A stretch of DNA of 64,000 nt, taken from a virus. Of this stretch, positions 45,901 through 51,136 are shown piece by piece. The position numbers and the translations under genes are program-made. The notes beneath the pieces were generated by a model that was not told where the DNA came from, did no database searches, and saw only the letters and a list, made by a program, of their open reading frames with translations. The DNA lies in the IMG/VR virus record IMGVR_UViG_3300035670_013228, positions 32,001 through 96,000 of that record; one strand, 5' to 3'. Position 1 is the first letter of the stretch. The number at the start of each line of letters is the position of its first letter.

Positions 45901-46549
45901 TAATAAAGGAGGAATGGTTTATGCTAATAATGGTATGTTAATCGATTATAAACCAAAGGGTACGGATACTGTTCCTGCTATGCTTACTCCCGGCGAGTTT
46001 GTTATTAATCGCCAAGCAACACAACAAAATCTGCCCTTGTTGAGAGCTATAAATAATGGAGATAGCGCAATACCATATAGCAATGGTGGAATTGCTTATC
46101 TAAGACGAGGCGGCCAAACTAGTAACCTGTCGCAATCTTATGGATATGCTCAGCAATTTGACAATATTTCTAGGCAACTACAAGTATTTAATGGTATATT
46201 AATGGGCGCTAATCAGACACTAAATCAATTTGGAAATACATTACAACAAATTGGAGTCAATTTACAAAGAAATAATCAGAATATTGGCGGCGGTGTAAAT
46301 AATATTGATGGATTATCAAGATTTACATCAGCTTTTAATACTTTTATTACCCAATTGTCTTCTATTAGGATTCCAGAAATTATAACTATGCAACTAGCAC
46401 CATTACCACCAATTCAGGTAGTTATTACAGGAGCCGAAGCTCTTGCTGCTATAGAACCAGGACTACAAAGAACAATTAGTAGTCGTATAAATGAAGCATT
46501 GTCTTCTTTTGCTAATAATTTTGATGGAATAGATATTCAACAATCATAA
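27959..46549 (+). CDS. Giant (6,196 aa) tape measure protein carrying multiple enzyme-like cargo domains
   Basis: N-terminal ~520 aa is a classical TP901-type TMP core (AVRRFAAF...LVQVAQVT...LSQAGLSA...SINAVAAKFAVEAGDI...IATGLRTIFTRI). It sits after the tube and chaperone genes. A second helical segment spans ~35250-38230. Motifs: GVAGAGKTT (30491), TLGH (30965), DFDET (32339), ID...EVK (32891-32962), HELTH (33791), GYGPRLY (34559), HEMAH (44555), HEYGH (45560). Confidence 0.9.
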   Translation: MAKGFNLTAEINLRGPSNIRQVVSDIRRQLGTIDTNINVTLNAQTNKQISTLDRSFKTFNNTLSQTRALSDSTARSLSQLGNAAKTLSSSLQTIPQTMTQISQAATKVATDNNKAKVATQQMSTEFAEFGRQSALAVRRFAAFATVTGVIFKVSNAINTATKDFVDFNKALVQVAQVTDAPVSSLDFLVNNITSLSTKLGVASKDLIEVSRTLSQAGLSAKDTSAALEALALSTLAPSFDDLNNTVEGSIALMRQFSIGAGDLGSALGSINAVAAKFAVEAGDIVTAIQRTGGVFANASKGVSEGTDALNEFIAVFTSVRATTRESAETIATGLRTIFTRIQREETINALKGYGVALTDLEGKFVGPYEAVRRLAQGLSQLDPREIRFSRIVEELGGFRQIGKVIPLIQQFSTAQQALSVAQRGSSSLARDAVTAQLSLANQITKVREEFTALIRSIGQTEGFRDIVRLTLDLTSNLIRIADAAKGALPALTAIFAIKGFQALTQFGTGFLSGIRRGNNRGLSTGGKVLSFSQGGTVPGSGRGDKVPALLEPGEVVMSNRAVRQYGRGNLVRMNKYADGGLQYNQKESTVRAHAIDPKRYGSKITKKEYLALSGKRSIGKKIQSIINGRDLEVIPNFTIALPESFNRAMRRGGSGKIPLPEFKKALDSPYLLYGSNAEKLSGRTKRQGIGNIPAKTVQEIRKAFKAEVDRTAEPPAPGYISRDEQIYRFADIAKSILTREKLWKSRPLEIMSRSSTSTGGTQSRDFVPKMIAQQFKPFKNGGIASRQIGYIDYDVIANPANEAVVSKGMEATGVTGPRLYADYLTNLAVKRRKEAGLEKLRAIYGVAGAGKTTLARGQGTDKASLRETTRFPILSPEDINKASEVIVLSSSVSQKKLDEIFSNVDRAYTLSTTTASEKERIKSQRESRDTTGIGLEGRKPGGTIGIENDTAISEALLSDRLGKKSVVLGRSSSGKLRRKTGNELVEVVKKKIGVAWGGFAPMTLGHESIVDSAKAMGISPEDFLYIVGSNEAIKLGDASSYRTAIFNQDSRVLLAKAGAGAKGATVLPKEKGFEIPLGFDIGESGADRRKVLLPGSGSVAFVGDEKSEEILQKYRDAGYKTKSIGRMGDISGTMVRDLISQGNLGELQKVLSPNVYELISNNIGRIQNRANILPSLIEQVQQSQAVKLADVEKQIKSVGISRIDQKKMSDPEYAAKAEALLELRALRDKIKSSGSFEPYKLLDRLAADQPEKYGLDFTLSKQTEPKPIRTVGQRQTASLGGLIQKLAEGGTVESIAARDQKSIEAVVLEQLSSFGNASGVKKILGLGAGDREASAILNAGNIKAGKNIEKAIRYINRALAKTGKADAAKEAKEAAMRKVAIAGLFPLDYNKDFSDWKLEDGREIYGYVRGFQSSFLPQIEAMQEANRATRQKFAEDIQDTAALGGLGNRNIQGPIQPLAIDFDETLALGTKMLDENGKEDLPAYSDRKKVMDSLAKARPTSLAKRLASIEQKNPGYVRMFSRILTARPQSTADIITSTLNRFGLPYIEQDVTGVSKGLGTDIAKAKAANVARAEKLIDDSEENIRATMAAGKSTFRYGEVPELKGPAEEKFGQSNIEGGLLEAALSQLLGYPINVDALQRNRAIDFPQGLGRGAQLFGLPPNIETEVKRTLDGDSFSKAREEFSRYFTENPQAYAKGGAATFGSGSFKFPKRISNAYVREMEKLLEQEQMEKVFETYPRNERMIVDEEAVQKGYESPFSRELFINSFKDKISRNTVFERMGQFARVIGLPPTDFLSAIPTQLDFGVNYPATALFNKDPSGPGTRGLQGVDLTPYGYTEQDKQDLFGYTKLIEEKKKQILKTIKTSVTTYEDGSFGYDVALAEKLRVELNDLQKQQRSLIDKNNAAIKAAKESRLQSANQSGRGSVGIATNPFNTSQRQDYSILYHELTHQLFNSLRTKNAQSFEAYKAKVASLFSGNNDDVADAFDALVGNTGYNSADVAYGRSYKLSGLSSLMMGSAKESFAKYVNSDPEYVPELRKTWAETTSTTTAKAFKPLNPKVNDILLRGQISQDVIDKYEDNGKEEFLTTLIQKLPLLDENLSGVLDSTLNELLGGAGISRQKFALGGLADSKDAMSGLMQGLYGNRRQQTDKKEKDFGKISITEDGDMLSVGYLKNESRSGYVQAMKYKDNLWYVGLSKATKGYGPRLYDVAMEAVTEKGGMLTSDRSMVSSDAQKVWAYYFKNRGDVKKTPLEPENWTKNQALIDPKLYGRKETWPPANDPAWILQSGYSKSPTLLNDPEQVKRNNNRTQKPVDSRSMALSYFQRADGGPINRFADGGSVPALVSNGEAYVPPKLAKRIGYGTLNRMNQADKNGMGRFSDGGISIFKGPGSGTSDSIPTSLPVGSFIIREKATKALGLNRGGSVGIPRFKDGGSPGNLEAEIQRILIELENFKKAIYEGARQAGKTATEAKQQADRAVLSKGSEILSRTAKPIDPKNLPRGKTLEQAESERSQTRSASFEALRRMQDQSPILKSNTAIQVSTSQKITGFFQQILGFSKQTAQAQQDGAKAQQQASSAIQQSSDQLQNTSKKQSNINFGGFGTALAFTGPALASQLGEVIGGATGAGVAGVASNVSTFTSIGSQFGGIGAIGGLLVGLATSIDSWGASIANFEATASAARIDQIFDTTTKAFERLSTNINDKGAFNDVIGNFQRIQNEEVKLAAFREKANAPSTLTGLGRRIGLLSTPTAETVGGEKAVSQQKAAAVAQQFLESQIQAEQDYKTVSQKLQQAGSSFDSLYASILEADTAYAVEVEKIKQSTDTEDRKNQKINELTAQKTQEIRTSIETRFADIERAKANKRLTKQLDFVSVSLTRTFTTLNQSINAAAFSLDQASESIQNIVNDSANFSNRLRTSNILENPRAYSRAEQNAAISQSAQFAGGDRQFIEQFARFSLDIEDSMTSALNQARAGGVTDPNVIGDRFGSLLTNQLDSIFGPQLGESIRSQFKTAINELTKGGTKLEDISTQDILDNIPGLNQQVQASKQVFEALNASAKFLENALNFVGASAKEYGSLQDKLAENIASSQNIIAQSNLSLQEALGKRISLSERRQARTSTAAIRAGVRPQDLNANFLSDRRDTLIQQKQNIEKSLDNLSQSFNKRDLAASRQFVELNKQLGLTESSIRQVNQALESLPQNIEQNINDIISEISRLQQKSVNITGASTSFGEKLLGSTPQELQELGTTFNILNSALSGNLNTIQQSQAAQLAYRQALDDGKTQQEAMVVAQQAFAGQTRNVLGLFNELSSMSGLEEDELRPIRAQLFKNLASSQGAGLENNPIFQTIINRLEQPPEESREIRELRNLLQVEQQSLIQSTETINQNTLDKQTAVLDAANQRFIDALNDIEVRFNTEQLRSMGLGLSRPGDIKPPAAPQARAKGGLIYASDGTYVNYQPKGTDTIPAMLSPGEFVVNAQATKNNLGLLRSINSSVGSGKTFSSGGVVYAADGGSSAAKGLFSNRYFPTLGPIWDSIKKLFSSAGKFSIPNLGNLGKLDLTQLLSSGVRGLGRLGGNIGNTLIDDFAKGGLKTAITNIVDAFSSLGNTFSLTSDGNLLPGQSDSVLDDVSKNLRSIFSKTKGAGVLFRYLGPLIGGVQGFMADTEKTKRNSYANAALGALTGSGTTMGDVGATSITGSQTGGNLLQAGLATAQYMSMGVPPPLAAALAAGAMTTQEVMGYMGDIDETRASEARTQSISQSQRNAGRVVSNDIKRKPGETNEEYRSRRIEERAVERVGANKLVGFNANERLWIATKARLTNEKESLLSRLGPDSPQVVEIDRKIKEHDNSRSSIFQDTRFNSTGAVLSYIGLGSATTVNETKSATEIEAAVQSEQKYQKAMAVARREEQEYFADMDDRRALARQNKLEKELKDKGISLDKDGDDELDSEFVKEEGDPDYQRYLDMQAIFDTQQFIQRSEKAAETEANDKAELLELGLPSYASEAQVDAARQIRDAKQQATQIEQRIKEELDTDNIPGVGRFKTSSQLRADASDRNFGLPPEVLASGNFNEWQQLLAKKEKIFAKIEELNRGRLVSSGDPFSGDTITTSLREANADELGRYLTEYQQLAQIDSDLARAYQTGLENYASTNYPSADIDEVRSMAWDDYDKGIRSKEAEAQKRDKLAANKEADKQAKMWKTVASISNVKLPSKFENPGKFLTFRSNILDKLKSKFPLSGDPSTDIQTMQQYGLDANIAEAIFKPFDNNQIAAVASLIPISANTDPVLRSQVSLLSQASSASIDTAKNNAYLLNIIQKNPKVNQKFKTAFIKSVNDINNFNKMVTGYNQLDPTKQNNARANLLKRLTRQGYIDPRDPNGSIDRLNALGGTNVSQFLFPNQQAQNKVIRIAGAKNSGGIVYASGGMLVPYEPKGTDTVPAMLTPGEFVVNKQATARNKGLLESINRSKGGSVKYLADGGLASDTSDKITVGTKDGTSIVRQNPLYTTVQDNLRYTKRLDSMAVSTEKTLKGHTRSLEYIGSGVTKLNNRIDSASTTLGVPFSRGGIVYASNGMLVPYQPKGTDTVPAMLTPGEFVVNRQATSKHRGLLESINRNKGGSVKYLANGGPSSDSEVTKVVDGVQITKPSEVLKLSKENLSTSKTLLTNSIKTKEILQNSNNYFVSSDKTVNEKLDKILQDNKGLREDTAQEHKKTRRHIEREHFHTKEYIDYAHYGTRDKLVAEHATTRTHITAEDNDTRQYVADQHDNTRKSVADEHKKTRSEIPSHLKISMKARGAETDAHTTIEAMGIKSHVTDEHKLTRNFLLRQQPKNLASGGIVYASNGQLINFQPKGTDTVPAMLTPGEFVVNAKATKNNLDLLHSINNGGKPYSRGGVIHLQDGGLAVDKGDRVAEAYNATLKAYEQPEDAQLTNKKIPIKGGEAQYFPKLDYFALYDRPSGIPDENRISGDSFSRGFRIQVREGIISRSNVPREPSAAVSELGDEELSTIWTINKQDWLSDEAAKRGVDINRGDNRPWKDRVQNRLPTEYPEKWWEKFDQDPELRENLATLNAAANTMGGSSKISPIWDYGRNSRDQVETIRKKIKDYLVAKKIKESVAEDTAMGISESEILTYLERYSSLTDFNSNKSDKDEKLYFWEQWLSRIRLYNRVTGREDQEGPTIYIPNDQTPQQREDARLAAEARKAEEIRKEEQRKAEATRKRVEDYKTERTRAQRAQDPDAIWKLPGDKEQTTNEWSGKPPQPERRWVSLDEKYATIGTLVAYKDGKASIRKPTGQTIVVDQNKLSEMDQKYLTDLLIEQKTQPLPTPKSRTGPQTLPTPQSQTRQQPLPIPKPQTGPQTKPADRQLPTPRPQTGPQTKPIPEPKTIPQDNSYVWLGGHKINDKPLKGTYINKDSNGVLIQTPEGKNIRVDPYTWNKYSTPEDKAKTMSPSAMSRGGIVYAQFGGLLNDDQSTVDIYNPQAMKSTLDSLTMSLLPYTSNEVGQQRLIMATNQNYGISGIRQSNLPGRASAMFDVQSRNLVFRDRVIRSATAKHEMAHALANSVHAPPTTRDQQFANQMGQFSSEEALRIWEARAQIKKQQYIESGIDRERVEQQYQAEKRLLIQQLGNRGNARNSIVAQMGEELYENNYQQLADTSYTLDQLNAMPNELFAVIASIADAPEFSNMPASQAFLKQSMRTLGYSKGGVVYANKGMLIPYQPKGTDTVPAMLTPGEFVINRAATQANLPLLQSINSGRYNKGGIVYAEDGKCIGKQTEDKSNTESKQPKKKEQSANQTQNNVQGIDITDPRQREQALGGMYRSLIPYTTGEAGQQKLAMGFTALKSVRININQSRLKQKGAGAEFETSGLGTDPGTIYVPGKMVDTPLLRHEYGHALIAATTPRQFMQNISGVAPISQFINSLEKANARIRVTPHNYEDGGEVEDKKTQQPSEKTNTIGIYNKEQLLKNPQEVFATLVQLIGSNLFHNLGGSDALRAAMKIYGFNKGGMVYANNGMLIDYKPKGTDTVPAMLTPGEFVINRQATQQNLPLLRAINNGDSAIPYSNGGIAYLRRGGQTSNLSQSYGYAQQFDNISRQLQVFNGILMGANQTLNQFGNTLQQIGVNLQRNNQNIGGGVNNIDGLSRFTSAFNTFITQLSSIRIPEIITMQLAPLPPIQVVITGAEALAAIEPGLQRTISSRINEALSSFANNFDGIDIQQS
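42023..42376 (+). repeat. His-rich 11-residue (hendecad) repeat in the TMP
   Basis: Seven tandem copies of the xxx(E/Q/A)(H/D)xxT(R/K)xx pattern (42023-42253), plus one more at 42344-42376. Confidence 0.8.
43856..44065 (+). repeat. Pro/Gln/Thr linker repeat with an exact 24-bp duplication
   Basis: QPLPTPKSRTGPQT / LPTPQSQTRQ / QPLPIPKPQTGPQTK / QLPTPRPQTGPQTK. ACCTCAAACCGGTCCTCAAACAAA occurs at 43957-43980 and 44011-44034. Confidence 0.85.
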
Positions 46550-46563
46550 TATGGAGAAATTTA

Positions 46564-49500
46564 ATGTCAAATCTTAATGTTATTTCTGGAACACTAAATA
46601 TAGGCTCTGGACAAGTTTATGACATTATTTTATCTGATACATCTGGTAGTCCTACAGTATTTAATCAAAATAGACTAAATATAGACTTTGCGGTTTCTGG
46701 TACAACAGCGGGAGATGCTCTATACTTTGATGCGTCAAAAGGTCGTTTAGGTATTAATAACACCAACCCGGACGCGGCACTACATATTGTTACGGATTGC
46801 GCATACGACGGATTAAAAATAGAGAACGAAACAAATTGTGCTACTGGTGTTAGAATACTATTTATACATAATAGTCAAACTCCGCCAGAAACAGGAAGTT
46901 ATCCCGTTACCATAGATTTAGCTGGCAGAGATAACAACTATAATACAATTAATTATGCTCAAATTAAATCTAGAATTTTAGATCCAGCTAGTTTGCAAAC
47001 TAGTGGAGAAATAATATTTTCTGTAGATCATACGGGAATTAGTAAAGAGGTTTTTAGATCCAGTCTTGTTAATACTGTTTTAGGTGGAATGAACAATGTT
47101 ACTGGACATTTTTATGATGTTATAGGATACAATAATATTACCAGTGGATTATCTTATATTTTATTAGGCAATAGTAATAATATTGTCAATAATACTGGTA
47201 TAGTTATAGGTAATAATAATTATGGTCGTGGAGATAAAGTCCTTATAGTATCAAATAATAGTTCTGTTTCAGGATTAAGTAATATAGCATTTTCTGTTGA
47301 TAGTTTTATTTCAGGCTTATCAAACATAGGTATAGGATCATCGTGTAAAGCAACTGGTAACTATAATATTTTTCTAGGTAGTAATAATAATATTAGCGGA
47401 AATAATTTAGTAGTTCTAGTATCAGAATCTATGTTGGTCGGAAATTCTGGTATAGGTTTTGGTACAAATATAGATAATATTGGAAATAATAATATTTATA
47501 TAGGTAATAATATTAATTTAAGTGGAAATAATGATATTATATTGGGTTCAAATACTAATATTTCTGGTTCTAACAACATTGTATATGGAAATAGTTCATC
47601 CGTTAGTGGTAATGATATTATTAATATAGGTAGAGCTAATAATACAAGAAGTATTAATAGTGGTATTTATATTGGTAGTAATATTAATTTAGAAAATAGT
47701 TTCAAATCTGTAATAGTAGGATTAGGAACATCAACCACTAGCGGTCTACAAGATAGCATACTACTCGGCATAAACAATAGCACACTTGATGCTTCTCCAA
47801 CTGGTCTGGTTGTTATAGGACAAAATAATATTGTATCTAATATTAGACAATCTTTAATTGTTGGAAATAATAATAATTTATCTGGTAATCTAGCTAATAA
47901 TATTATTATAGGTCCAAGAAATCATGTGCCTATTGATAGTAATAATAACTTAGTTTTTGGAGTTTTAAATAATACCAGCGGAATAGTTATTAGTACAGAC
48001 GGATCGGTTACTGGTACGGATACTAGAACCGCCGGAAACGCCATGTCTAATACTAATGTTTTCGGTATTAATAACTGGATTTCTAATGCTAGTGGAGCTT
48101 TAGTTGTTGGTAACAAATCAAGAGTAATAGGACTTAATGCTAATACTCTGGGTTCGTATACTAATTTAGATGGCAATAATATACAGAACTTGGGAAATAG
48201 TAATTTTATTATTGGAAATAATATTTCTACTTTAGGATCATATAATGATATTATAGGTAGTCATTCATTATCAGTTAATACATCAAGCGAAAGAAATCAA
48301 ATATTCGGTAGTGGTAATATTGTTATAGGTCCGAACGAAGTTATAATTAGTGGTATTACTATAGGTTCTAATAATGAAGTTTATGGACCACTGAATATTG
48401 TTTATGGTAATCATAATACTGTTGGACTAGTTAGATATCCATGCAGAGTATCCGGAACTAATATTGTAATAATCGGAAATATAAACGATTTCGGCCCCGG
48501 AGACAGAGTACTAACATGCCTATACTCTCCTGCATCAAAAAATACAGCCTGTCATATTCGTACAATTTTAGATGGTGTTAATCCAACAACAGAAGAACCA
48601 TTAGGTATTATTAAACAAAATACCGGTTCTAGTTATGTTACTACCTTAGTAGTAAATAGCACTATAACACAATCTGATACTGTAGATTATTATGTTAAAA
48701 CAACTTTTGATGATGTTGTACATGGTGGCGGAGATCCGTGCGAAGAGTGTTTTGCTGATTTATACGCAGGTTATGATACAGGATATGTTTTAGCGTTTCA
48801 AGATGGTAATGATGAAACAGATCTAATAAATAATCCTTTGTATGGTAATTATAATACTGTTATAGGGAATAATAATAGATGTACTCATGGTAGTGGTTTA
48901 GTTTTGGGATACAGTAATAATATTTCGGGTATTAATCACATCGCTATAGGACATGGAATCAAAGGCAATTACAATAATTCTGTACAAATTGGTAGTAGTA
49001 ATCTTAATAAATTATTTTTTGATAATGAAAAAATAGTATTTAATACCGGAACATATCAACAGGGCGTATATTTTAATAGTAGTAATGCTGGTGGAGTTAA
49101 TAATGATAGAGTCTTAATGATAAATCTATCAACTAATAGAGTAGGCGTTAATACCACAACTCCAAGATCCACACTAGATGTTAGCGGTGTTCTAACAACA
49201 GATAGATTACGAGTAAAATTATCAACAGTTCCGGGATATGCTTTGATAGCAGATGCTTCCGGAGAAGCAACTTGGCAATTTCCTGTTAATTTGTCTGGAC
49301 AAAATAGTGGATTATTATTTAAAGTAACAGATCAAATCGGTAGTGGTATCAGAGATATTATATTCAATACTGGTACTAGAGAAATTACATATTTAAGAGC
49401 AGACAAAGATTCTCAAGAAACATTTTTACTAGATTCAGAATCCATAGAAGAACGCATTCTAATTATTAGTCCTAGTGGAATGTTTTTAAATAATCCTGGT

Positions 49501-51117
49501 AGTGATTATGGTTATGATTTTGTGGTTAAAGGTAGCGGTGTACAAGCTCCAGTAGATGGAGACGAATCTGTATATTTGATTAAAACAATTATAGATCAGA
49601 ATGCTATTAGAGTTTATAATATTACCGGTATTTCCGGGTTTTTAAATAGATTAACTGTGTCTAGTGGATTAATTTTACCAGTAAGTTTAACCGGAACAGT
49701 TCTAAAAGTTAATAATAATGGTATTGCACAAAGTCAGAGTTTTGATAGACATAGTTTGTTATTTACTCATTCGACCTATGCTTCCACAGGTAATAATAGT
49801 TTGAGATATTATCCTAGTGTTCAAGCGATGACAATCGGCACAACAGGAGAACCTCCGTCTCAAGCGGAAACAACGTTACAACAAGGTACTAATAATACAT
49901 TTAATAATATTATTTTAGGTTCAACACAGAGTATAAATACTGTATTTAATAATGCTGGTGCTGCTGGTCATTATTTTATCGTTGCAGAAAGTGGTCAAGG
50001 ATCAAGTAAAAAGGGTATGCAATATTTTGTTGATAATGGAGCATTAGGAGTTGGTGTGGATACAACAATAAGTGACTGGCAAGTTTCTTCTGTATCAGAT
50101 GCAAAGTATTGGCACGAAGCTGGTAAATTGGTTATCGACGGGAAAATTAGAGCCAAAGAGCTACAATTAACACCCAATGGTAAAACCTTACCTGGTTCTA
50201 ATAGCATAAATAAATATCTAAAAATTATAGATAATGCTGGTAATGTTGGATTGGACACTATTGATCTAGATTATCAATTTAGTGGTATACATCCACTTAA
50301 TATAGTAACGAATCCTGCTGACGAAATAGTAACTATTAGGTTAGCAACCACAAATAGTAATAATGTAAACCTAGGATCATCAGACAATGGTTTGATGATA
50401 GTGTGGGATGGAGCCAAATGGATTCATAATAAAGGATTTCGTTTTCCTCAATCAGTAGACAATACCGATAATACTGTTGGCATAGAATTAGGTAATGATG
50501 TATCTCTTAACTCATGTAGAAATAATCATGTGAGCGCCGGAGGGGCATTAGTAAGAAATACCAGTAACTGGAAAGGATCTTCCCAAAATAGTCGATTTTA
50601 TCTTAGAGGAAGAACTCTTGGAGATGTGAGTAGCGAATTACTGGCCGATTGGCATAAAAACACAAGTAGCACCGCTAATATTAATAACACTATTAGTTTG
50701 CAATACTTATCAGATACTAATCCTAACGTGCCGATAGATCATAATAGAACTTTTGTTTGGAACTATACTGTTAATTATAGTGCAGTATTTAGTAATAATA
50801 CCGCGAATGGATACGGCGCTGTTGCTGGCGAATTAAAAGGAGCTATTTTAAGTTATAGAAACACTAACGGTACTCGCACAACTGTTAAACTAGGTAGCGA
50901 TACTGTGACAGAAAAAAGATACAATACTGTGGATTATAGCGCGAAAGCCCCAATTGGAGTATCAGTTTTAAATGATGGAGATAATATTAATGTTCAGAGA
51001 CTAGGAATTTTCGCAAGTGGCGTTTCCGATTATAATGGTTTGTGGTCTGTTATGGTAGATATTAATCAAGTGTTCGTTCCTTCTGGCATTAATTTTGGTA
51101 ATAGTGATATAGTATAA
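46564..51117 (+). CDS. Tail fibre with Asn/Gly-rich beta-roll (YadA-head-like) repeats
   Basis: Fibre joints GRLGINNTNPDAALHI and NRVGVNTTTPRSTLDVSG, and long runs of xNNxxxGxxxIxIG repeats. Located right after the TMP. Confidence 0.75.
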   Translation: MSNLNVISGTLNIGSGQVYDIILSDTSGSPTVFNQNRLNIDFAVSGTTAGDALYFDASKGRLGINNTNPDAALHIVTDCAYDGLKIENETNCATGVRILFIHNSQTPPETGSYPVTIDLAGRDNNYNTINYAQIKSRILDPASLQTSGEIIFSVDHTGISKEVFRSSLVNTVLGGMNNVTGHFYDVIGYNNITSGLSYILLGNSNNIVNNTGIVIGNNNYGRGDKVLIVSNNSSVSGLSNIAFSVDSFISGLSNIGIGSSCKATGNYNIFLGSNNNISGNNLVVLVSESMLVGNSGIGFGTNIDNIGNNNIYIGNNINLSGNNDIILGSNTNISGSNNIVYGNSSSVSGNDIINIGRANNTRSINSGIYIGSNINLENSFKSVIVGLGTSTTSGLQDSILLGINNSTLDASPTGLVVIGQNNIVSNIRQSLIVGNNNNLSGNLANNIIIGPRNHVPIDSNNNLVFGVLNNTSGIVISTDGSVTGTDTRTAGNAMSNTNVFGINNWISNASGALVVGNKSRVIGLNANTLGSYTNLDGNNIQNLGNSNFIIGNNISTLGSYNDIIGSHSLSVNTSSERNQIFGSGNIVIGPNEVIISGITIGSNNEVYGPLNIVYGNHNTVGLVRYPCRVSGTNIVIIGNINDFGPGDRVLTCLYSPASKNTACHIRTILDGVNPTTEEPLGIIKQNTGSSYVTTLVVNSTITQSDTVDYYVKTTFDDVVHGGGDPCEECFADLYAGYDTGYVLAFQDGNDETDLINNPLYGNYNTVIGNNNRCTHGSGLVLGYSNNISGINHIAIGHGIKGNYNNSVQIGSSNLNKLFFDNEKIVFNTGTYQQGVYFNSSNAGGVNNDRVLMINLSTNRVGVNTTTPRSTLDVSGVLTTDRLRVKLSTVPGYALIADASGEATWQFPVNLSGQNSGLLFKVTDQIGSGIRDIIFNTGTREITYLRADKDSQETFLLDSESIEERILIISPSGMFLNNPGSDYGYDFVVKGSGVQAPVDGDESVYLIKTIIDQNAIRVYNITGISGFLNRLTVSSGLILPVSLTGTVLKVNNNGIAQSQSFDRHSLLFTHSTYASTGNNSLRYYPSVQAMTIGTTGEPPSQAETTLQQGTNNTFNNIILGSTQSINTVFNNAGAAGHYFIVAESGQGSSKKGMQYFVDNGALGVGVDTTISDWQVSSVSDAKYWHEAGKLVIDGKIRAKELQLTPNGKTLPGSNSINKYLKIIDNAGNVGLDTIDLDYQFSGIHPLNIVTNPADEIVTIRLATTNSNNVNLGSSDNGLMIVWDGAKWIHNKGFRFPQSVDNTDNTVGIELGNDVSLNSCRNNHVSAGGALVRNTSNWKGSSQNSRFYLRGRTLGDVSSELLADWHKNTSSTANINNTISLQYLSDTNPNVPIDHNRTFVWNYTVNYSAVFSNNTANGYGAVAGELKGAILSYRNTNGTRTTVKLGSDTVTEKRYNTVDYSAKAPIGVSVLNDGDNINVQRLGIFASGVSDYNGLWSVMVDINQVFVPSGINFGNSDIV

Positions 51118-51136
51118 TTATATATAGTAGGAATAT

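Larger units (their letters stand above)
29582..46060 (+). repeat. Nine copies of a GTDTVPAMLTPGEFV-type module in the TMP
   Basis: Cores start at ~29582, 34970 and 35129 (divergent copies) and at 38306, 41204, 41645, 42455, 45053 and 45953 (PKGTDT[IV]PAML[ST]PGEFV[VI]N). Confidence 0.9.

Noticed and set aside
27959-46549. Inteins or introns explaining the TMP size
   Set aside because: I found no Hint-type C/S...HN-C/S/T boundaries and no LAGLIDADG or HNH homing motifs. The frame is continuous, and inserts are bounded by GG motifs instead.
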